A stretch of 61,344 bases of DNA, filler included. It is 13 parts of 13 records of this genome, joined end to end, with 100 filler letters (N's around TTAATTAATTAA, not from the genome) between each part and the next. Parts side by side here need not be neighbours in the genome. Positions count along the whole stretch, not along the records: positions 1 to 6,833 come from SRR7504441_15052; positions 6,934 to 9,945 come from SRR7504441_15096; positions 10,046 to 13,294 come from SRR7504441_15100; 10 more parts are not named here. One strand, written 5' to 3'. The notes under the pieces were generated by a model. It was not told the origin of the DNA. It saw only the letters and a program-made list of their open reading frames with translations, and did no database searches. Each line of letters starts with the position of its first letter. The stretch's first letter is position 1. Below are positions 1 through 10,241 of the stretch, piece by piece. A program made the translations under genes and the position numbers.

Positions 1-216
1 TCGTCGGTGGAGGAGGGCTCGTGTGGAGTGTCGCGGCCGATGCGGCTGTTCGAGTTGCTGAACCCGACTGAGCTAGAGAACTGCGATTTGACACCGGCAG
101 GCTTTGGCTTGTCGGAGGTGCGCAGTGAATCACGGCGAAGCAGTGACTCCAACTACTCGGATGAAGACTCACTTGAGGAGGCATGTGAGGAGGATATATT
201 CTTCGCTTGCAAATAA
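1..216 (+). CDS. 3' end of an unidentified gene (acidic, Ser-rich tail), truncated at the window start
   Basis: Frame is open from the edge to TAA at 214-216 and is followed by AT-rich 3'-UTR-like sequence. No recognisable motif. Confidence 0.45.
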   Translation, partial: SSVEEGSCGVSRPMRLFELLNPTELENCDLTPAGFGLSEVRSESRRSSDSNYSDEDSLEEACEEDIFFACK

Positions 217-1145
217 GTCCGTTGATTAAGATCGCTGATCATGTACAATAGTAATACACACAGATGAATCGTTCATGACATTTATACTTGTATCGATCTA
301 GTATCAAAATTAATGTTGATACTTGTACTCGTATTGAATTACGGTATGATAACAATGTCATTGTGGACAATCTTCTTGGGTGTTTTACTCCTTATTTACT
401 TGTTATTTAGAGCTGATCAATGTGGATCCGGACGTCGAACTAGGACGTCGAACTACGTTAGAACCATGTCGAACTCTGATGTGAGCTCACAGAGGTCGAC
501 ACGGTGTATTGAATCGGCATATCATGAAAATGAGCTGGCAAAGTCCTGCACGCACTGGTTTTTAGGGTCCGCAGCCGCTGCCCTCTTGTATAATGTCCGT
601 GCCTCTTTCATCGACCCGAACCCTTCGCTCTGGGACATGACAGCTGCAAAGCTGCAGAGCTACACCCCCAAAGTTCAGTTTACAGACAGCCTCATAAGCA
701 GTTGAGTCGGCAACACTTACCACTTGGGCATTGTCCACTTCCCCCGTCCTGAGCTGCAACACGCCACAGTCAGTACAGCCCCTACATCGTCGTCAGACCG
801 CTCGTCTGTACAGCGAGAATGCTCCTTTAGTGTCCTTCAATATCAGAAACCTTACCCCAGCATTAGGCCTCTCAGCGGGCAGGACGCCTGAAGTACGCAT
901 AGTCGCTCAGAATCGCCGCCTTCTTGTTGTCGGAAGCGGCGACAGCCGCCTCATACCACTCCTCTGCCGGTTGCACTAGCCCGAGATCCTCGTCCAAGTG
1001 TATCGCGTGGTTGTTGAGGCACTGAGCATCGTGTGTCCCGTTAGCCGCCCGCAGCACCTGCTCGAACACCGGCTGTGAGACTTCGGAACCAAACCGTTCC
1101 TGCAGCATAGTGGCGTACTGGCAAAGTCCGGCCCCTGGCCTCACC

Positions 1146-3295
1146 TCACACGGCCTCGCACACGGGAGGGCTACCGGCGTGAGCGCCAGGGTCATTCAGC
1201 GAGCTGCGGATGAAGCTCTCTTGCTGGCTCCTGCCAGCAGCCGAACCGGGAGGGACTATTCGGAACACGGCGTACTCAGTGTTGTACATGAGCAGTTCAA
1301 ACAGCTCTGCGGCCTCGGGAGCGGTGTGCACTGCCGTGCAGAAGAGCTCGTCGCTGTCGGTGCCCATGGTGTCCACCAGCTCAGTGAAGCTCATGTCCCC
1401 GCCCGTGTTCCACTGGCAGTGTCTCCGATCCATAACTAAATACTTTGTCTTGAGCTCGACAGCCTGGCGGTGCACAGTCTCCGGCGAAGAATGGCCATAC
1501 ATTCTATACACGAGAGCCGCCCGAGCACGGAGCGCCGCGCTCTCATACTGTGGGTGGATCACGATCGGTCGGCCCGAACCAAGCTTGACTGCAGATAGCG
1601 TCACAAAGTCTGAGAAGAAGGCTGCATCACTCGGCGTGTGCTCTTTAATCCAGGAAACCATCTTGTAAGCCTCTTTGGCAAGGATCTGCGGCTCGCTAGG
1701 CTCGACTTGCCAGCCTTCAGCCATGGTTTTGTGGCTTGTAGAACAGACTGCCGCAATTACACCGGCTGCGATCAGCCAGCCAGCGGCAGCACGGTACTTG
1801 GACCAAGAGCCGACCGGAATAAAGCTCGAGCATTGGCAGGCGACCAGCGAACTAAGCACGGCGGCCATCGGCACTCCGAGCACGACGAATCGCATCATGA
1901 GCCCGGCCATGATCATGCACGCTGCTGATTGGCCGAATACAAACACAGCGGCCTGATGAGTCCTGGTGCCTCTGATCAGATCCGACAGCACGTGCACCAG
2001 CAGCAACAGCCCAGCTGCTCCGGCCACCGGCAGCAGCCCGTGCCGGGTGAGCTTCCCGATCCAGTCGCCGTTGAGCGGCTGGAACTCGACCTATCACATC
2101 ATGTGAGCCAGCCGAGCACAGCGCCCGACCTGCGTGGTGTAAAGCAAAGTGTGGAAGTCTAGCTCGGCTCGCGGGGTCTTGTCAAGGCCGAGCGTCACCT
2201 TGAGCACCCGGCCGATGTGCGCCGTATCCGCCGGCGCGATTAGAGCGCTCCGCAACCCGGCAAGCCCCGCAGCCAGCAGTACGGCGCGGAGAATCCTGTG
2301 GACGACACACGAGAGCCTGGTCGGCTCTAGAGGCCTTAAATGATCCGCTACGCTGAGCAAGGCGAGCAGGGCGACGGATATGATGTGCGGAGACTCGGCG
2401 AACATCGAGTTGCTCTTGAGTAAGGCTCCGGCGGCTAACAGTCCAAGGGCATGCACACTTGCCAAGTGGAAGGCTGCGGTCCGGGAGAGGTAGCCTAACA
2501 TACTCATGATCAGGAAGGCCAGGACCTGTGTAAAGAGCAAGTAGTGCCCAAACTGCCAGAATACCAGCACCCCGACAGTCCCGGCAGTCGCCACGGCGCC
2601 GGCAGCGCGCGAGGCCAGTGGCCGGTCGGGGTTGGCTGTCATCATTGAAGTCCACGCGCACATCTGGACCAGGAACAGGGGGGTGCCAAAGCTCTCGCGG
2701 AGCACCGGGGCGTTCCAGACCCGGGATGCTTCGTGCCAGTTGCTCTGGAGCAGCAGCATTGTGACCAGCCCGCCCGCCGGCCCGCCTGCACACTGGACCG
2801 GTCAGCAGCTGCTGGCATCAGCACAGCACCGGCGAGCTGACAGCCGAGGTATCCGCAGCACGCAATCATCAGCCCGTACAGCCCAAACACGGCGTGCGTG
2901 TAAAACTCGAGCGGCGAACACCAGCCCGCCAGCCAGCCGCCGCCGGCCCGGTAGGCCACCGCTAGGCCGACCTCCTGGACCAGATTGAACCGCTGGAGCA
3001 CGTCGATCGTGTCCGGGTGCTCCGTTGCCGCGTTGGCCGAGAGCTGGGCGTACGCGGCCGACAGGGAGGGCGCGGCGAGAACGTCCTTGTAGAAGGAGTA
3101 GTAGAAACCGCTCTCGGTGGTGAAGGTCATTTCGCGCTCGCCCGGGCTCAGCTCGGCCATCCCGTGCATGGCCTCGAAACGGCGGGCGGCGAACAACCCG
3201 GCGCAGCCGGCCACTAGCCAGAAGCACGGCCAACGCAGGTGCGACCACTCGTCTGTGGGCTCTTCACGCCGGTCGGCAGCCTCGCGCTCCCCCAT
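1146..3295 (-). CDS. DPY19: DPY19-family C-mannosyltransferase (multi-pass ER glycosyltransferase), spliced
   Basis: Motifs EREMTFTTESGFYYSFYK, PVLRESFGTPLF, WQF and VKLGSGRPIVIHPQYE match DPY19 conserved blocks. GT-AG introns at 2786-2829 (44 nt) and 2091-2129 (39 nt) join three ORF-track frames. The 3' end is uncertain. Confidence 0.88.
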
Positions 3296-3752
3296 CACCG
3301 AATTATCGATAACGGACGTTGACTTGTATCGCCGGCGCCGGCGCATTCTCTAGAATCCCGGCCTACTCCAGAGCCAACAGTTGGACCGACGGTTCGTGGG
3401 GCTCCAAACTGGCCGAGCCCATGAGCCGATCATGTGCAAGGACCAGCCGCTGAGCTCCGGCGGCTGCGGCCCGTCCTCCTTCCAGTTCACCAACGGCAAC
3501 TCAAGCCGCTCAAGCCAGTGGTCTGCGCTTCGGCGCTTAGTGCGCGGGCGGCGCCAAGTTCTAAGACAGAGGCCGTGGCGCCGTAGCCAACTACGGTCCG
3601 AGTTTAATATGACTCACAGTACTGAGTAGCATTATTGCCCTAGCTCCGGTCGTCATCAAGCTTCACTTCCAATGCATTTGACTTTGTCCGAGCGATCCTT
3701 GCACACACACACACATCTCAGGCATTCTCAGCGCAGCCCCATCGAGCCTCAA

Positions 3753-4983
3753 TCACCGTGGCCGGCTTCCCTCATGAGTTGTCCTTGCCAGGAATTCCTG
3801 CATCTCCTGCCCCACCAGCTGAGCAATTCTGAAACTAGAGCCGCGTGGCATGCCTGCTCTGAAATCTGGCCATCATTGTCGGTATCCGCCCCTAGATAAA
3901 ACTTTGAAAATTCGTCCTCTGCCAGCACGCTCAGCCTTGTTGCTGCCCAGGTACGCACGAGAGAGCACGCCGTCTCCATCCGTGTCCATCGAGCTGAATA
4001 TTGACGCCATCCTCCTGTTGCTCAAGTGGTCTCTGAATTCCTCCCAGGTCACCCTGCCCTCAAGCCATTAAACGCAACTCTCGCGCCCCAGCAGGCTCTC
4101 ACCAGCCGTCACCGTCACGGTCGATCTGTTGCACCACATCAGCAATCCTTTCCTGGCTCACCTACGGCCGGCTCAGCGGCGCTCAATGCACAGGCGTGCC
4201 TGAATGTAGTTTTGAATCACTTTGTCCCGTAGTTGGGCCCGCATTCGCTCCACAGTCACCTTTTTCTGGTTCTTTGTGTCGATCATTCTGAATACCATTC
4301 TGAGCTCTTCCACGTTACTCACCAGTTGACAAAGCCTCTGGTCCACCTTTTGGCGCATCGATTCATAAAACCAATAGCAGTACCCGAGCATCACTACTGA
4401 AGCGAACCCGACCACTGTCCCGGCTGGTGTCTCGTGAAGCATAAAGATCATCGTAGAGTGCCCAATCACCAGCGATGCTATCGCCAGCATCAGCAGCCGT
4501 GACGGTAGAAAATGGTAGGCTTGCGTGGTTTGGATAAACCATTTGATATCCTCCTCTCGGAACAGATTATTCACCTGAACAAAGAGCACCAGCGCCACCA
4601 GCACCGACGCCAGGCTGAGCACGAACGAGATCCCAGTGACGGCAGCGAACAGCTCGGTCGGCGCGCTGGGCTGGTCGGTCGGCAGCACATCCATCGAGAT
4701 CGCCATGGTGGCGCATAGCGCGGCGACCACCCCGACGTTGTTCCAACGATCCTGCAGGTGCTTGGCAATCTCTTTCGCGTCGGCCACTACGAACATGTCC
4801 GCCTGCGCCGCACGTCAGCTGGCCGGGCGCTGCAGTGGCTCGGACCCAGAAGCTCTTCCCCGCCGCTCCTGAGAGACTAGATCTCCGGGATCTCTGGGGC
4901 GTGGCGCGGGGCAGCGAATCGCTACCGGTACTCTCGGTACGTGGGGGCAGCAGGGTTGCGTTGTTTCCGCTCCCGAGCTCCAT
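3753..4983 (-). CDS. Membrane protein: PGG-like 4-TM domain followed by EF-hands, 5 introns
   Basis: RWNNVGVVAALCATMAIS plus three further hydrophobic helices. After splicing the EF loops read DRDGDGWVTWEE, DTDGDGVLSQDE and DTDNDGQISEQE. Introns include 4803-4845 (GT-AG), 4162-4199 (GC-AG) and 3807-3853 (GC-AG). Confidence 0.75.
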
Positions 4984-5072
4984 CGATTTGTCCGTTATTG
5001 TAACGCCTTTTCGAACTGACGTACGTACCGCCTGCCGAAAGCAATAGGCCCTGCGTTGGTGAAGAGCAGACA

Positions 5073-6699
5073 ATGGTGCGGCGCGCTCAAGGGCAACCAC
5101 TGAGGCTGGCGTAGGTGAACACTGCCCGCCGCGCGATCCTCCTGTTCCCAATCGCCGTCCTCGCCTGCGGGTTGTCTCATGCCGAAGAATATGATGTCCT
5201 CCCCGAGGTGAGCCCTCGCCGCTGTCATCGCAAAGGGCTGAGCTGAGGCGGATCGGCAGACCGGCTTTCTCGAGGCTGGGGCCGGAACGTTCGCGGAGGC
5301 CCAGGCCAAGGTCTCGTCGCTGCTCGCATCCGGCAAAAGCCTGGGAAAGTGCAAGGAGCTGGCCCAGGCCACCATCGACGATATCACGGCACAAGTCGCA
5401 GCGGCGCAAGATATCCTCAATGCGCTCGGCGACGGCGCTGAATGCAAGGATGAGGGCATGCAAGAGGTCCGGCGAGCCCAGCAGCAAAAGGATGAAGACG
5501 ATCGAGTCGCCTCCGATGCGGCCACCGCCCTGGCTGCGGCCGCATCCGCCGAAATCAAGTTGGAGGTGCCCTTCTTTTTACTTGACGCTGGCGAAGGCTG
5601 CAGCTGGCTCCACGTGAGTCGCCCGTCGCCCGGGCCTGGGCCGATCTTGGGCCGGCAGGGCGACCCAAAGTACACCTCGGCCGACACGCATTACCAAACC
5701 TGCGTGAGCGACGATCGACAGGCCAAGGTCAAGGCCAAGGCTGCCGAGGGCGTCCTGAAGGCGGAAACTGCAAATGCGGCAAAGCTCAAGTTGGCGTGCG
5801 AGTGCCGCGTGCAGCAGGCGCATTTGGAAGCCTGGGCCAAGGCCACTGAGAACAACGAAGCCAACGAGAAGGCGTGGTCGAAGGCACACAAGATGATCTG
5901 CGTTGTCGACGGGAAGAGCGGTGGCCAGAAGACCGCCGACAGCCAGCCCGGAACGGCCCTGTTCAGCGTCGAAAGCGGGGCTTCTTACGACAACTGCGAC
6001 GTCCCAGTGCCGGCAGTGACCGAACCGCTGATCGACGACGGCGCGAGGACTGTCCAATGCACCGCGGCGCCGACCCAGCAACCAACCCAGCAACCTACCA
6101 ACTCCCCGACCCAGCGACCTACCACGCCTCCGACCTATACAAGCTGCGAACGGCTGGGAAGGGGTCTAAAATGTGTTGAAGGAGACAAGGGTGCTACGCC
6201 TACAGGATGCTACGAGAGCCCACGAACGGACGGCGCGATCTGGCCCCCGGGCTGCTTTCCACGCCCCGATCTGAAACACCATGCGCACTGCAAAATCACA
6301 AGTGTATGCACAACGTTGCCGAAAGATGGTTTGGTAGCCCACCGGAGGAGGACGATAACCTCCTCCTGCTCATGCAAAGGAGGACAGAGTGCCTGCTTAA
6401 CGCGCTTCAAGCTTTGCACGTGCAATGGCAAACCGATCACCGACCCGACGGTATGCAATAGCATACCTTACTGCAATATGTCGTCAAAGACTGATTCTTC
6501 GGGAGCACTCGTCGCTTATCACCCTGAGAATCCCCGCTGCAGGGATCTCACAGCGTTTCAAGTCAAGGATCGAAGAACCAAGAAAATGAGATATCGCCAG
6601 ATCGCATGTGACGATCCTGAGAAATGCACACGTACTCCAGCCCCAACTCCACCCCCACGTACCCCACGTAGACGGCGCGGTACCGGGCGCCATGGGTAA
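5073..6699 (+). CDS. Secreted protein: signal peptide, Ala-rich helical Cys-containing domain, Pro/Thr linker and Cys-rich tail
   Basis: ATG at 5073 is followed directly by a 39-nt intron (5076-5114), then a hydrophobic signal (AILLFPIAVLACGLSHA). A second intron near 5208-5259 leads into ORF 5458..6699. PTQQPT repeats near 6070-6135. Confidence 0.65.
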
Positions 6700-6833
6700 G
6701 CAATGCATGATCGTGATTCGACCAGTGGGCATGCTAGTACGAGTAAGATGCTTACACTTGTGGATGTCTACATAGTAGGAGTTTACACGATGATGCCATA
6801 CGGTACTGTTGAAATCGTTTAGTATAACCTAGC

Positions 6834-6933
6834 NNNNNNNNNNNNNNNNNNNNNNNNNNNNNNNNNNNNNNNNNNNNTTAATTAATTAANNNNNNNNNNN
6901 NNNNNNNNNNNNNNNNNNNNNNNNNNNNNNNNN
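6834..6933. other. Artificial contig spacer N44-TTAATTAATTAA-N44. Also at 9946-10045, 13295-13394, 16678-16777, 23319-23418, 27657-27756, 33107-33206, 37754-37853, 41752-41851, 45698-45797, 49313-49412 and 53385-53484
   Basis: An identical 100-nt block with a six-frame stop core occurs 12 times. Confidence 0.99.
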
Positions 6934-9660
6934 CGCCGCCCTCCAAGCCTGCCGCCAGAGGCAAAACCCTAGACCCCCAGCCTGCCGCCAGAGGCAAGCC
7001 ACCAGCCGGTGCGAAGCTGCCCAAGCCACCAGCTGCAGCGGAGCACTCTCCGGCAGTGGGCAAGGTGCTAGTTGTGGCCGAGAAACCGTCAGTGGCCAAG
7101 GCCGTGGCAGCAGTGATGTCCGGCGGAAGGAAGCGCGAGCGACACAATGCTGAGGGTCACGCCCCGATGTGCGCGCTGCACGAGTTCTTCACTCACTTCG
7201 GGCCTGCCAAGGGAAAATGCAGCGTGGTGGTAACTTCGGTACTCAGCCACCGCACTAGCGCGCACTAGGTTGTATACTTAATATCGGCGGGCAGGTGATC
7301 GGCCATTTGTTCAGCCTCGATTTCTGCCAAGCTACTGGCTCGGATCCGGGTAACCTCTACGGAGCGGCCACTCAGAAGGTGCCCGAAGAGAGCACTGCGG
7401 CCCATGGCGTGTGCGAGCACATTGCTGCCGCGGCACAGGGGTGCGACTATCTCTTCCTCTGGCTCGATTGCGATCGCGAGGGCGAGAACATATGCTACGA
7501 GGTGATATCAGTCTGCCGTTCGGCTGGCCGGTTCACACAGGATCGAGCCATCTTCCGAGCCAACTTCTCAGCTCTCACCGACTCGGCGGTCAGGGAAGCC
7601 TGGAGACGTCCCGGCAGGACCAACCAGGCACACGCATCGGCCGTGGATGCGCGGCAGCAGCTGGACCTCAAGGTAGGCTGCTCCTTTACACGGCTGCTCA
7701 CCCGCACGCTGCTCCCGCTGGCCCAGCAGCGCTTCGACCCGTCGCTTCGGGTGCTCTCCTACGGACCATGTCAGACGCCCACGCTAAACTTTTGCGTTGA
7801 GAGGCACAGAGCAAATGCAACGTTTGTCCCCAGGCAGTACTGGCAGCTGAGCATCACTGCAGCTGCACCCAATCATCATAAGTCACAGCCACCGGTCCAG
7901 CTCACTTCGGTCCGTGGCCGAATGTTTAATCTCAACACAGCTCGCAAGGCCCACGCTCAAGCCCGGAGCAGCTCCATCGCAGTGGTCCGCTCAGTCAAGA
8001 GCAAGCAGCTCAGAGAGAATGCCCCAGCTGCGCTAGACACAGTCGGGCTGCTGCGCGGGGCCTCGCTCCGGCTTGGGGTCTCGCCGGCCCGATGCATGCA
8101 GCTGGCTGAATCACTATACACGAGCGGACTGATCTCCTACCCTCGAACGGAGACCTCCCAGTACCCACACTCATTCAATGCGCGCGCTGTGTTGGAGCAG
8201 CTACAGGCCATTGGCAGGTGGGCAGAAGCTGCAGATTGGGCGCTGTCGCAGTCGTCAGGGCAGCTACCCACCGGAGGCAAAGATGCTGGCGACCATCCGC
8301 CGATCACCCCGACAGCGGCCGTAGCCAGGCACGGCTTGAGGAGTGAAATGGAGTGGCGGCTTTATGAGATGGTCGTACTGCATTTTATTGGTTCACTGGC
8401 TGGGCCATTGATATACACAGAGGTGGTCACAGAGGCTTGTATTGGTCAGGAGAGGTTTGTGGCAACATGCCATCAGATTGAGGCCGAAGGCTGGAGTAGG
8501 GTCCTACCATGGCGGCTACAGCAGCTCAGTTTGCAGCTGGGTTGCCGAATCCAGGCATCAGTGGGTGCTGAACTTGAAGTGCATGGCACTAAGCTGGAGG
8601 AGGGCTGGACGGAGCCCCCTGGTGAGCTCAGGGAATCTGATCTGATTGCGCTGATGGACAAACATGGCATTGGGACAGATGCGAGCATACCAACGCACAT
8701 CCGTACGATATGCGACCGGTGGGATTCGCCCCTGAGTAGGCTGATTACGGGCGGTGCAGGAAATTTGTTGAGGTTCGAGACGCTGATGGGGTGCTCATTC
8801 CCGATGCTGACCCTGAAGGGCCGGCCCCAGATAAGGGTAGGGACGACGGCAAGGGCAAGGGCAAGGGCAAGGGCAGCAGGGGTACTAGAGCTGGCCACGG
8901 CAAGGGTGGTTGCGTGGTGGTGCGGCATTTAGTCCCGACGTTGCTCGGACTCTCAACTATAGAGGGGATTGAAAGTCTGGACAGCGGGTTGGTCGGGTTC
9001 CAGATTAGAGCCGCAATGGAAAAGCAAGTGAACCTAATAGCTGAAGGCCGTCAAAAGATGTCGCAAGTGGTGGATACGAACCTAGCTCTGTTCTACAGCA
9101 AGTACCTTGCCTTTGCTCAGCACATAGGCCGGCTGCGTCCGCTTTTTGCGCCTGTTGAAGGAGCCAGCTGCGAGTCGAGAATCGAGAAGACTTGCCAGAG
9201 TAGCCTCCGTGAGGCTGCCTGTCTGACTGGGAGTGCACTCGAGAGGCTCGAGAATGCAGAGGCCGTACAAAGTGAAATGGCTGCCGATTCGGAACGGCAG
9301 CGGAGGCGCTGGGATCAAGAACGGGATCGGGCTAGCCTTTCAGAAGGAGGTCTGAGCTCTATGACTGTGCAGTTGGAGTTGTTCAATTTCAATGGTGAAG
9401 AGGAGGAGCAGGGGCTTGGGGTGTGTGGATTACTGCCACAAACTGAACCAAAGAGAGGCTACCAAAAAGAGCTGTTGAGGTTACGCAAGATTGCCGATGA
9501 TATGAACATGAGCGCCATCGAGGCTGACGTTACTCGAGGTGCAAGTGGAGAGGAAGATACTACGAAAGGTACCTCACGCCGAGAGCAGTCGAATAAGCGA
9601 TGTCCAGCCAACAAAAGTGGCAAGCACAAGCGCCGCCAACAAACTCCACGTACGCAATGA
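6934..9660 (+). CDS. TOP3: Type IA DNA topoisomerase III (5'-partial)
   Basis: TOPRIM motifs VAEKPSVAK, TS|VIGH and WLDCDREGENI, SYGPCQTPTL, active site ISYPRTET, DHPPITP and GIGTDAS. Introns at 7239-7294 (56 nt) and 8719-8759 (41 nt). Confidence 0.93.
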
Positions 9661-9787
9661 CAGCACAAAAATACGTCACTATAACATCTAAGCCATTTCT
9701 AAGTAATTTCTAAGCCATTTGCATGAGATTGTGCATAATTTTGAAACCGACAGGTTTTGGACATCGACAGGTTTATACGAGTAAATC

Positions 9788-9945
9788 CTCAGTCTATTGT
9801 AGCTTTGTCCTCGAGCTCAATCTCTTCTCTCGTGCCAACTTGCTCCGTCTTGCCCTCCTCCACGATAGTTGCCTCATCCTCGATTGCGGCCTCGCGGCCC
9901 TCGCCCGCCTGCACAATAGCTGCCTCATCCTCGATTGCGGCCTCG
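9788..9945 (-). CDS. 3' fragment of an acidic repeat protein (EAAIEDEA x2), truncated by the contig end
   Basis: Direct repeat TGCCTCATCCTCGATTGCGGCCTCG at 9870-9894 and 9921-9945. The minus frame reads EAAIEDEAAIVQAGEGREAAIEDEATIVEEG...KATID*. Confidence 0.45.
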
Positions 9946-10241
9946 NNNNNNNNNNNNNNNNNNNNNNNNNNNNNNNNNNNNNNNNNNNNTTAATTAATTA
10001 ANNNNNNNNNNNNNNNNNNNNNNNNNNNNNNNNNNNNNNNNNNNNAGTGATTCCTTTGATACTGGATGAGAGAGCCAGTCGTGCTCTACTCATTACAGGT
10101 ACTCTACTAGTAGATACATGTATCCCAGATGAACTGGAATAATCAAATGTTTATAAAAATCAAATATTCAATAGATTGTTTGTTGTCAAGATTGTCATGT
10201 GAATTCGTCTGAAAAGGTTCTTCAGAAGTTCCGAAAACTTC

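Noticed and set aside
429-476. GGACGTCGAACTA x2 plus a partial third copy, and ORF 313..705
   Set aside because: Short tandem duplication with no unique spacers, so not CRISPR. The ORF begins in AT-rich UTR-like DNA with no motif support.
2094-3346. Apparent frameshifts or split ORFs in DPY19, TOP3, kinases, MON2 and Myb genes suggesting pseudogenes, recoding or an alternative genetic code
   Set aside because: Each break is explained by a short GT-AG or GC-AG intron that restores conserved motifs under the standard code.
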